From NCBI RefSeq assembly GCF_000143415.4, contig NW_003314292.1, positions 188,825 to 252,824 on the forward strand: a stretch of DNA of 64,000 nucleotides. The letters run 5' to 3'. The notes beneath the pieces were generated by a model. The model had not been told where the DNA came from, searched no databases, and worked only from the letters and a program-made list of their open reading frames with translations. A program made the position numbers and the translations under genes. Shown here piece by piece: positions 13,215 to 24,635 of this stretch (the stretch's first letter is position 1; every line of letters begins with the position of its first letter). The DNA is from Selaginella moellendorffii. Its lineage: Eukaryota; Plantae; Lycopodiophyta.

Positions 13215-16200
13215 TGCAGCGGGAGAACAAGATGGCTCCAGAAGGAGCACTCTCGGAGCTCTAGCCTGCGGCCTCTGCGCTGGATTCGCGATCGCTACAA
13301 TAGTGTTTTCTTCCATTGCCGAGGTGAGAGAGTTCTTCCGGCTCTTCCGTGTTGGTCCAACTTGGTGCAATACTGTTCCAGGAAAGTCCTCCAGAACCTA
13401 CTAGTGAAGATCTTATCTCGATCTGAGATGATCTCTTCCGGCCTTCCCCGCACTTGAACCACTTGTTCAAAGAACAGCTTTGCCACACCTTCCGCATCCA
13501 CTTCCGTTGTGGTGGGTATGAAATGTGCCATTTTCGAAAATCAGTCCACCACCACGAATATCGCATCAAACCCCTCGCTTGGGGGGAGTCCCGTGATGAA
13601 GTCCATTGTAAGACATTTCCACGGGCGATCTGGAATTGGGATGCTTTGCAACAAGCCCCCACTAGCCTTAGTCACGGCTTTGACCTGCTGACATGTTGGA
13701 CATGTCTTTACATAGTCTTGGACGTCCTTGGGCATTCTTCCTTGGGCATTCGCCAGTACCACAAGGTTTCTACCTTGTCCATGCAGGGCTACCACAAACC
13801 GATTGAACCAATCCATTCCGAAAATCACGTCAAATCCCGCCATGTCCAACACGGTGAAATCCATGTCCACCTTCCAAGTCCTCACTTCGACTCTCGTTTG
13901 TCGAAGTACCTCATTGGTGCTTTGGCTACCTTGAACAAACTCTATAGTCCTTGGTTCGCCTAGCCGCTACACGTTAGTCCGGCTTGCCGGACTATGTCTG
14001 CAGCCACAAAATTATCCGAAGCACCCGTGTCAATAAGGATCTTAACAAAGCTACCTCCGAGCTTCCCCCGGAGGGCTAGTAGATGTCGCGAACGACTCTC
14101 TACCAAAGTTGCTTGTGTAATGAGTAACTTTGAGCTAAGGACTGGATCACATACCTCAGTTTAGACTTCACCCGACTTAATGGCTATATTGGCTCTGGCC
14201 TTTTTCGAGTAGGGACATTCCCTCGAAAAGTGTCCCGCTTCACCGCAGTTGTAGCATATGTTGTTTCCCACGTTGCTATACGACTTGACCTTCTTATCCG
14301 TGGGTTTGTCTCTTTTCGCTTGACTCCCCCACATACTCGCTCGCTGGCCACCGGATTTGCCTTTCTAGAACCCCGAGGACTCATTCTTAGAGAAACTCTT
14401 CTTGAATTTCCCTTGGTTATACGTTCCCCTTGGTTTGGCCCCTTTGCTAAATGTGGACTTCAACCCCGTCGTGTTTCCCTTTCGCAGGTTATCATTGAAA
14501 TGCACCTTGATGGCCGCATCCAACGGTTCCTTGTAGTTGGTCGGGTTCCACCGCATCACCTCACCGCGAGCCTAGGTTTGCAAACCTGATATGAAGGCAT
14601 GGAACGCATCCATATCCCCCATATCCATGACAAGTATCCTCTTTGCCATAAACCCATTCACATACTCATGAATGGTTCCGGTTTGCTTCAGCCTACTCAG
14701 CTCGTCTCTTAGATGCAGAGTAGCATTTGGAGGAACATAAGTCGCGCGGATCCTCGCCTTTATCATTTCCCAAGTGGCCACCGCTCCTTCGTTGGCCTCT
14801 ATCATTCTCCACCAAGACTTGGCATTATCTGCCAAGTATGGTTTTGCACATGGGACCTTCTCCGAGCTTGGTAACCGCAACACTCGGAAGTAGTCCTCCA
14901 TATCATAAAACCAGTCCTCCACCACCTTATAGTCATTCACTCCCTTGAAGACCGGTGGGGGTTTTGGTTTGTACTTGGGAATTGCCTAAGGGACTGATTC
15001 CACTTCGGTCTGTTCAACCTTGTCTAGTTTTTCCTCAGTCCCTACCAAAGGGTCCGCACCTTCTACACTGCCAGCATCCGCAGTCTTTCACTTTTTCTTC
15101 TGCTTCTCGTCACGCTTTAGCTTGGGTATGAGAGTCTCCAGCAGGGCATTGATCTGCGCCAATTGTCCTTCTAGAACGTCCAATCGAGCCTTGGACGACC
15201 GAACCTCGCCACCGGACTCCTGTTTGGAAGTTTCCTCACTTGAGTCCTCCTCATGCATGGATTCCTCATCTATAGCCTCTTGTTCGACTGGAGGCTCTAA
15301 CTCTGGCGGAGGTTCCATCTCCACCTAGGTTCGCTTACGCCCTGCCTTTGCCATCTCCTAGCAATCCGCCTCTATCCTTCGCTAGAACTGAGGAAAAGGC
15401 AAATTGTAAGCCACAAATTTTTCCTTTCTAATTTGCCAGCTTACCTCGTCTATCCGACTAACACTGCCTTGGCTTGTGCTAAGTTCCCTCGCCAAGGTTC
15501 TCACCTATTGTACCAGCTCCTACTTGGTCCTACTTGGTTTCAGCTACTCACTGCACGAGCAATGGAGCGTTAGCCTTCCATCCACGGATTCCCAAATCTC
15601 TCCCAATCCCCCTCCCCGGGTTAGACTGGACTTAAAGTTCGGCTACACTCCCCATAGGCACAAGCAGCCAAGCACACCAAGCCTCCAGGTTCTTAACACC
15701 CCTTGGTACAACAAGACTTGATTATGGGACCCTCTAAATCCCAGGCTTTAGGTGCAACACTTGCTTCGGGACATCAGGGCGAAACACCGTGGCCTAACGG
15801 CCCAGTATGGGTACCTCTACCCCCCCCCCCACTTCCATCCCAAAGGGAAGGCCCAAGCCCCTAGGAAGGGCGAGGACCAATGAGCCACAAGGTACTCAAC
15901 TGGGGCACCACTCCACATGAGTCGAGAGCACCCCAGTCAGTTTCCTTTTCAGGAGTGAGAGTTGCTCTTGAGCACTTCCCTGGGTGGCCCCTCCAGCACC
16001 ACCCAAGCCCATGCTCACTCCCACCCAAGGCCCCTCGACCCCAGTCTCAACCTCAAGTCAGTTTGGAAGCACCACTGAAGAGTTTCTTCAAGACTGGTTC
16101 CTAGACCTCACTATCCCTACTATACTTTTTGGAACCCCTTGCAGCCCCCCCCCCCCCCCCCCCCCTAGGAGATGCACGCTTTGGGCTTTCACCCCTTGAC

Positions 16201-17399
16201 CCGTATTAGTATTTGGACTTAGTCTCAGATTCGATCTCGGACCCGATCTCGGACCCAACTTCGGATTCGGTCTCGAACTCGATCTCGAACTCGATCTCGG
16301 ACCCGATCTTGGACTCGACTTTGGGCTCAACTTCGGACTTGGTCTCGACCCGATTTGGATCTCGGACTCCGTCTCGAACTCGGTCTTGAACTCGGTCTCG
16401 ATCTCGGTCTCCGATTCAGCCTCAGCTCGATCCCAGACTCTATCTCGAACTCAGTCTCAGAGTCGGTCTTGGACTCGATCTTCGACTCGGTCCCATCTAA
16501 TGAACTCGTTGTCATTTCGGTCAAGCTTTCGGGGATCCTTTAGCCTACGACATCTCGGGGAGTCAGTTCCTTACACTAGCTTGGCAAGAACCCTCACATA
16601 TTGAGACTAATCCCTCAATATCACCAGATGATAGCTTACCATGTCTACCAAACACCCTCACTATCATACCCTTTGTGTTAGTCTTGTTTCGGCTCCAAAT
16701 GTTAATTATAGAAAGTGTCTAGATTTGCTCATTTGGCATATTTACAGAATGTAAAGGTTGGCTTGAACACAATGGTATTTATCCCATATCCAAATTCACA
16801 ATCTAAAGACATTCCATATTTAGTAAGTTTTGAGCTTGTCCCAGAGACTAATTCCTAGTACTAAGGGAGGCTTGGGGTGAAAGCCCAAAGCGTGTGTACC
16901 TCAAAGGAGGGGGGGGGGGGGGGGGGGGGGGAATATGGGGCCAAATGTATAGTAGGGATAGTGGTTGGAATGTATGTCTAACCACCTGAGATATTAGTTT
17001 GGCTCCCGCTGAGCTGTATCTCTTTTTGTTTTGCATTCGGCTTAGGTCTAAGCTCAAGCTCCACACTACTCTAGTTGGTGGGGTACCCTCCTCCTCGTGT
17101 TATGCCACCGGTATGCTAAAATTGTGCCAGACTCTATCTGACACCATTTTGCGTGCAAGTGCTAGATATGGGGAGCTGGTGCTCGTGGGATTGTACTAAA
17201 CCCTCGTTTCGCAGTGCAACGGGCTTGGAATTTAGCTCCAAATTCATGTGCGTTACATTTGTAGCATATGGCATATGACACATGGCATATAGAGGGTTTA
17301 GGTTCCATTTCGTGGTTATCCTATGACACATGATAGAAAGGTTGGTAGAGCTATAGTATATATTGGCATGCACACACATCCAATGTAGAAAAGGATACA

Positions 17400-18760
17400 A
17401 AGGAGTTTAGTCAACTGTTTAAAGATGTATTGCAAATAGAGATTGAGAAACTTATATGTAACTCTAAAGCATGTTCAAAAGATAGTGCTAAAGGATTTTA
17501 TTGCAAGCACCATACTCAATCCAGGCTGCAAGAAGACTTAAGTAGATGAGGTTAACTTGTGGGAGTTATTACAATGCGTGCAACTTGAAACTAACCTTAG
17601 AAGGTAAGAAAATAATATTATAACCTTTTCAATAGTGTCTTTTTTACATTTTGTTTTATTTAGGATAAAAACTTGGAAGTGTGAATCTCGAGAGAGGAAA
17701 CTCCAATAAAAAATAGACTCTATCCTTAAACTGTCCCTATGAGTTTATCCATGGGAGTTTATCCCCAAATCAAGTCATTAGTGAGCAAGAGCACCCATTT
17801 ATTTTCAAAATTTCTACCATAAACCCTACTTTTGGTGTAAATTTTGTTTCTTAAATGGATATGTCTGAGTCAAGTGACCTTGCTAATGCTTGGGTACATT
17901 TTGACCATATGGAGTGGGTATTAGGTTGGACAACTATAGGAGCTCATATGTATGATTCGAGGTAGTTATTTTTTCTCAATATTTTAAAATGGTTTTAAGC
18001 ATTACTATTTTCATAGACTACGTTCCAACTTGACAATTGCAACAGTAAAGTTTAAAGTACAAAACCATATGGCCCAAGAAATATTTTGGAAGCCCTCTCC
18101 GACATTATACTAAAGCAGACTGATAAGCCTATCAACTTTTACAGTTTCATGGTAGATGGGGCTAGGGTTAATTGGAATGGCATCTAAGTAGTCTTTGAGA
18201 ATGGTCAACCCCTAAAAGGCCATGAAAGGACTTGTGAGTTCTATTGGGGTTAGAACCTAAACCAGCATTACCACTTTATCAAACTAGGTTTCCAATTAAC
18301 GTTTAAGGAGTTATGCAAAAAATTGGCAATTTACACCTTCTGAAGAAGAGCATAAGGCAAAAGCAAATAAAATTTGAATGTGGTAGTGTGAAGATTGCCA
18401 TATAGACGTAAGTTATCTACCACAACTTAAATCATGGTTGGGGTGATAAAAAGTTAAAATGTTCCAATGGGGACATCACTCTTTTCAAGTTGGTTTTTCT
18501 TTTTTCTTCTTATTTTATTGCCTTTTAATATTGTCTTTTTTATTAGGACCAACCACTTGAGGATCTTGCATACACCTTAATTGTGAATCTCTTAGAGAGT
18601 AAGCATTGGAGCTAACATTCCTCTAAGGTAGGAAGGGAAGATGAGTCTATATGAAGCATGTCTATTGGATTTAATAAGCATTATAGAACAGTCTTCAAAA
18701 GCCTTGGCATTCGAAGAAGGAAAATACATGGGAACAAGACCTTGGATTGAAATGTTACAT
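17400..18760 (+). pseudogene. Decayed Mutator-like (MULE) transposase with introns
   Basis: FMVDGARVNWNGI*VVF..GHERTCEFYW at ~18146-18247 resembles the MULE D..A..N...VF...C.FHW motif; many stops; limits approximate. Confidence 0.55.
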
Positions 18761-18992
18761 AATTGAATGAAGAAGTAAGTGACTCCACCAACATGAATAA
18801 TGGCAACTATAATAGAGGAAGTGGTTTGCATCTATAGAGTATACTCCCTAAGCTTTTAATGGTGACGTGAAGACCATCTACTCAAAGTGTTGCTTTTCTA
18901 TTATTAGTGAAGAAATTGGTATGAACCTATCATTTTGTTCCAAGACACTGTTCCCAGATTGAGCCAACTCAAGTGGCTGATGAAGAGAGCAT

Positions 18993-19529
18993 TGTAAGCA
19001 ACCAAAGATAACAACTTGAGAAACGATTTAGGGAAAGGGCCCATGAACAAAAGTGCATCCTCTTTTTCAATCGGTTAAAAGTTTTGTACTGGTTTGAATA
19101 GTATTGGGCTGAGTGATCTCTTAGGAAGTCTAAATTCAGGAGTTCACATCTGGTATCAAAAGGGTCTCGAGTCTGACTTTGTTGATTGGCTTAAGGGAAT
19201 CACACCACATTTTAATTGACATCTAGCTGGTCCAATTTGCTCCGGCTAGGCTCGACCCGAGGAGTAAGGTGTCAAAAGAGTGGGGCTCTTGAGAGAGTTG
19301 CTTCCATTCACAAAGGTGTGAACTTATAGGGAAGAGTGGTGGATTGTAAGCAACCAAAGAGAAAACGATTTATGAGATTTAAATATAAAGGGAAAGGGCC
19401 CATAATAAAAATGCACCTCCTTTTCCAATCAGTTAAAGGTTTTGGGATACTTAGGGTTAAGTGTCCTTGGGTTTGAATAGTATTGGGTTGGGTGACCTCC
19501 TAGGAAGTATAAATTCAAAAGAGTTTATA
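18993..19529 (+). mobile_element. TRIM, second family
   Basis: Direct repeats starting TGTAAGCAACCAAAGA at 18993-19148 and 19345-19529; PBS TGGTATCA at 19151; PPT AGGGAAGAGTGGTGGA; TSD degenerate. Confidence 0.8.
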
Positions 19530-19616
19530 GTATGGAGCTGAAACAATAAATAATTTATTGAATGTTAGCAAAATTCAATGTAAGATGTGTGGGATGCTTC
19601 TGAGGGACAAGTGTTG

Positions 19617-19709
19617 TGTCTGAATCCATAGTGACAAGTCTGTTTATGTCTGAATCCATAGTGACAAATTTGTTTATGTCTAAATCCATAGTGACAAGTC
19701 TGTTTATGT
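19617..19709. repeat. 30-bp tandem repeat x3
   Basis: Units of TGTCTGAATCCATAGTGACAAGTCTGTTTA. Confidence 0.9.
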
Positions 19710-21634
19710 TCCAACTCTATATTTCCATGGGGAACAAAAGCAAACAAGATTTTCAAGATAATGCTAGCTATATTGTTACAATATTGATACCAACTATACA
19801 AAGTGGTTTGAAGACATTATAATGACTAAATTTGATGTAGTACCTAAAGAATGGCCAATTGTTAATGGGGTCATGTTCATTTTGGATAAAATTGAAAACC
19901 TTGAGAAATATAATTTCAATTTTGAGAGGAGAGTTGGAGACATGAGTGAGAGAATTAAGATTGTTCCCATAAATATACACAGGAGGCCAGCAAAAAAAAG
20001 TAAGACAATTAAATTTATTGGTACTATCTCCAAGCAGAAGCAAGAAGCTTAGCTCAAATGCATAAGTGTGAGATTCTCTCTACAAAGTACATCATTGCGC
20101 TTACAAAGGAGTACATAGGTAAAACAAAAGGTGGAGAGTATACAATTGTCATTCAAGACCTTCCTTCTTATATATATCCAAACTTTATGTAGCACAAGGA
20201 ACATAAAAAGGTATATACTCCTTATAAGCATATATACTACATCTTCATCAACATCTTGTATTGGGATCTTAAAGTGGATATTCATATACATTAAGCAAAC
20301 CTCACTATTGCTAAGTTGCAAAAACCTTTGGAGCTAGCTAGATTTTCTAAGATTATCGATGTTTGTTCTCTCTCAATAATATAAACTTATTATACTTTAT
20401 ATAAGTAATAAATAAAAAAAATTAATTTTACTTTTCATTTTATATACTTGCGAGTGTTCTTTTTGCAATACTACCCATAGTACTTGTATGTCTCCATTTC
20501 TTTTTTTACCATCCCAAAAACTATTTCATAATAGACTTTCGGGTGCATGATATTGCAGTGTATCACAAGTGTATATATACCACTATACTGATCATTGCCA
20601 TTGTTTCTACTAAAAGTCAGAAAACATATAGGGCATTTCTTGAAAGTCATCAAATTGTAATTTTCTAGAATAAGTAGGAGAGCATTCTTTTTTACTCAAT
20701 TTATTGCACCTTCTATTATTGCATTTATCTTCAACTCATGATCATTATTTTCACTATCCTTTCTTTCTTTCTTTTGTATAGTTTGGTTGTGTTGTGCAAT
20801 GGGATTTTTTAGCCCTTGAATTACTACTCTGGGAAAAAAGATTGCAAGAGTTAAAATTACTAACATTAAAACACACAAACGTTTGTATGTATTTCCCTCT
20901 CTTCGAATAAGAGTGCAAGTGAAAATTCATAAATTCTAAACACTATGTACTTGGTGTTTTGAGCTGACAATAGTACAATTTGTAGCTATATGTTTCTAAA
21001 CAAATCAAATGTTGTTTATAGTATAAGCACCTCAACGACCTTGCTTCACCCTTTTTTTTGTATATAATCTCCTACACATATAGAAAGACATGCAAAGACA
21101 CTAGAGAAGTGTGCAAGGAAGATGTTGCAAGAATAAAGGGGACATGGGTGAGGGGAACATTTTTTTTTATCAATTGCCTTCTTACCCACTTCCTCCTCTA
21201 TTGCCATCTCATTCTTTTACTCCTTCCTCGACTTTATGTCATTCTTCTCCTCTATTGCCTTCTTAGTAATCTCCTCTATCTTCATCTTTGCATCTTCATA
21301 ATTCTCATCTTCCATCACCTTCTCCTCATAGTTTTTATTCTTCTTATACTTCATTGTCTACTATACCTTCTTTATCTACATTGCCCTCTTTACCCTCCTC
21401 TTTAGCATTGCCTCTTTATCAATTGTTGTAGCATCTGAGGATTTTCTTCCCAAGTCAATGGATGGAGGAGATGTAGGGAAGACAAAGATAGGCAACATGA
21501 AGAGCGGCATGGCTACTAAAAAAGCTATGACTCCTTTAGTTAATGATTTATTTTTTGTAGAGATACTTCATGTAGGAAAGCTTTCTAATGTGATGAAAAA
21601 AATCAAGATTCATCATGACAACAAACCTTCCTTC

Positions 21635-23152
21635 TATAAGTGACTAAATTTTCTATTCTACTTTAATCACACCTTTGACCACTTGGAGAAATTTCACTCA
21701 CAACCTCTATAAATTTTATTTCCGACTTAGGAACATGCTAGCCCCATGAATGGCATCTATGCCACTTATCTTTTGCACTTGGTTCAAGTGCTCCATATAT
21801 TCAACCCCACTATAAACACCCAAAGGTATCACTAATATATTAACCCGTTATAAAACCATATCTATTCACCTTTGTCTCATTGGTAATCTAAGACCACCCA
21901 TACTATATACTTGTCTCTCAAAAACTAGGCTATCCATCTATGAATGGTCATCCTCTGACCACACCTTAGCACCTTTCAGATGCCCGGAGACATGGGGAAC
22001 ACCCTTCCCTAATATCCCTCTATCGGTCCCTACCAAATCCCATTCCATCCATGATAGTGCTCACCAACACTATCATTGAGTCAGAGCCTAAAGGCCTAAT
22101 CAGTAAGTCACTGGGACTTCCTCACTATAGAACCATGCCCTTGGTCACTATACAAGAGGATTACTCCTCTTCCTTTCCACAGTCTGGGACTTTAAGACAA
22201 CATTTTAAAACACCATAACTCTACATGAGCCTTGTTAGTACTCTCCCCACCTTCCACCTTTGGGTGCCCTAGCCATGTGGCTAGAGCGAAATTTTAATGA
22301 GCCATGCCAAGTATCTAACTAGGTAATGCCACTCATACTTGGATTGGGAGCATTGACCATTTGATTTCCCAAGGGAGCTAAAGTTGGCTTTTGAACACTT
22401 CACCCAAGTTTCTCCACTTGTCCATTCGTGTTCACTCTAGCCTTGGATTCTTTAGTGGTTATATCATCACCTACCATATGGGTATAACCTTCTTTAGTCA
22501 CACTAATCTTTCTTAGCCAAACTAGTTCCACTAAAGTCCTCCCTTTATTATCCTTTTGGAGCTCACCAAACCCTCCATGGTCTGGGAAATGATCGTTTTG
22601 GGCTTTCACTCTTGGACTTAGACTCAAACTTAATCTCAAACTTAGATGTAGTCTCAAACTCAAACTTGGACTCGGTCTCCATCTTAGTCTCAATCTTGGT
22701 TTCAGTCTTGGTCATGGTCTAGGTCTCAGACTTGATCTCAAACCTAGTGTCCATCTCGGACTCAACATTAGGCTCCATCTCAAACTCCATCTTGGAGTTC
22801 ATCTTGGACTCCTTCTCAGACTCCATCTCAGACTCCATCTCAAACTCCAACTTAGACTCCATCTCAAACTCCAACTCAAACTTCATCTCGAACTCCTTCT
22901 CATACTCCATCTCGGGTCCATCTCAAGTCCATCTTGGACTCAGTCCTAACACTTCCACATGTCAGAGGTTTGCTTATTGATTGCTTCATGCTCATTTCTC
23001 GAGCATTTTGTTGGGAGTTCCATTCCCGCTTTCAACTTTTTGAGTTGAAACTTTTAGTCTAAACATGTTACATTCATTTGACTTCTATTTTAGCCACTAC
23101 CGTATGGCTCCCTCTCAACTCCACTTTGGGGTTTAGGGATTTTTGTCTCACA
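21635..23152. mobile_element. Solo LTR (old, diverged)
   Basis: TATAAG...TGTCTCACA, colinear with 54243-55877; TSD CCTTC/TCTTC. Confidence 0.82.
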
Positions 23153-23159
23153 TCTTCAT

Positions 23160-23947
23160 TCCTCTATTGAATGAGGCTGTGTAAAAAAGTTTTATTCCAA
23201 ATGAGAAGATGGTGAATATTTTTTGTCTTGAGGGATATTTCTATGAAAAAGGCAAGTTCATCCTTTTCATCATAAATCAATTGCAGAGAATTACTTATGT
23301 GACAGAAGAGATCAAGGCCAAGTGGGATCAATGCTAGATGGATCAAAACAATGAGTTTGAGAGGGAGCTAGATCAAAATCCGAATTGGAGCTGGCTTAGA
23401 GGGATTATGTTCCCTGTGTGCAATGGGAAAAATTGTTTGAAGGCTTGGACTATTGTGATTAATGGTTTTTTTTCCTTTTGACAAGGAAAAACACATTCAG
23501 GTGGAATCAACACAAAAAATAAGGATGCACTATAGTTATATTAAACCATGCATCGTATGAATGAATAAGTCCTTATATATTACTTAATCTTGAATGGTGT
23601 TCTCATGAATCTCTTTGCAACATCAATGAACATAACATTTGAATAAATGGCCTCCACGACACTCTATGCATCTATCGATTCTACTATGACAACAAAAATA
23701 TCATAGAAGGAAAGCTTGATGATAATTTGAGGGATGCAATTAATTGAGATCAACAATATGAGGTGAAGGGCAAGAGGAGAAATATTTAGCACTCTTTCAC
23801 TCATTAATTTATCACCAAGGTTTTTTTCTTGGTATATGGTTTTAATATCTATTTGTTATGGGATTTGTTTTATTTTATTTTATGTTTTCTTTATGCAGAA
23901 AAAGATTGAAAATGACATTATCAAAGCCATGGAGAAAATAAAGAATG
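23160..23947 (+). pseudogene. Decayed gene, possibly Ulp1-like peptidase of a MULE; continues after 36344
   Basis: MFPVCNGK..WTIVI near 23407 resembles the Ulp1 P....HW motif; the frame reads AMEKIKN|VSIEEVKMLA across the empty transposon site. Confidence 0.35.
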
Positions 23948-24635
23948 AAGCTCTATTTCGTTAAAGTGGGATTTATTCAGTAAAATGGGACTAGGTACAA
24001 ATTTTCAAGTATTTGAAAATGACGTGAAATTATATGTTTTTTGTCCAGGGGCTAGACATATCTGGGGCATGGTGACTAGCGCGGTGACTTTGTGTCCAGA
24101 CTGAGTCCATCTGGTTGTATAATAAATCTCATTGTCAAGGTGAGCAAGCCGAATCTGAAGCTAAAGAAGAGCGATGGCATGCGCGCACACACTATTTGTT
24201 TGTTCATTGAGCGTGTGGTGAGCTTTCCAAGATGAACGTCATTCCTATTAGCCAGACATATAACTTAATGGTGAGAACATTTAGATATTATTCAATGTTA
24301 TCTTTTTCTAACAAATCTAATTGTGAAGGTGTAGCAAGAGGCATTGCTAGTCTGGAGAAGTCATTTAACTCATTTGACCCTTAGTGTATTTCATGAAACT
24401 AAATAACATTCATATTATTAAGGAATTTCTCTAGTACCTTTTTTTTACGACATAGAGGCTTGCATTTCTTTCAAAGGTGATTTAGTAAAAGGCCTGAGGG
24501 CACATGCCATTCTATTTCTCAGACCGGTATTAAGATATACTAGTGCAAAGGGCCACATGCCATCATGCCTCCTCTGATTCAGATTCGGATTGTTCACCTT
24601 GAAATAAAATACATTAGAAACTTAGTAAAGGAATA

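Larger units (their letters stand above)
11398..15354 (-). pseudogene. Fragmented gag-pol of the 9735-16575 element
   Basis: ORF pieces at 15088-15324, 14572-14940, 13541-13885, 13295-13531 and 11398-11688; stops, frameshifts and a nested LTR. Confidence 0.8.
9735..16575 (-). mobile_element. Ty3/gypsy chromovirus with RT-RNase H deleted (gag-PR-IN-chromodomain)
   Basis: LTRs at 9735-10880 and 15405-16575; TSD TTAGC/CTAGC; gag CCHC CYNCGEAGHFSRECP near 14215-14260; protease LIDTGAS near 14020; IN CPTCQ..MDFITGLP; chromodomain EEEYEVEAIL..VKWK. Confidence 0.88.
1..17355 (+). mobile_element. Decayed Ty3/gypsy chromovirus (RNase H end, integrase, chromodomain, PPT, 3' LTR) hosting nested insertions; 5' part lies outside the window
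   Basis: NIVPNALSR (RNase H end) at 13-39. Integrase reads KLQ|CIPAPAWPFQSVTLDFV across the 1895-7809 insertion. [11 protein letters not shown] near 8110. Chromodomain ORF at 8321-8893. PPT AAGGGGGGAGAG followed by TGTCGCGAATG at 9502. Confidence 0.85.
9502..17355 (+). repeat. 3' LTR of the host chromovirus, split by the 9735-16575 insertion
   Basis: Starts TG directly after the PPT; similar to the reverse complement of the 1895/6656 LTRs; resumes after the TSD at 16576-16580; end near 17355 is approximate. Confidence 0.7.

Noticed and set aside
12482-13457. Long ORFs with SDSDS/GLGLG/SRTP repeats (also near 10541, 16327, 22719 and 55004-55939)
   Set aside because: Stop-free by-products of hexamer arrays within LTRs; open in several frames on both strands.
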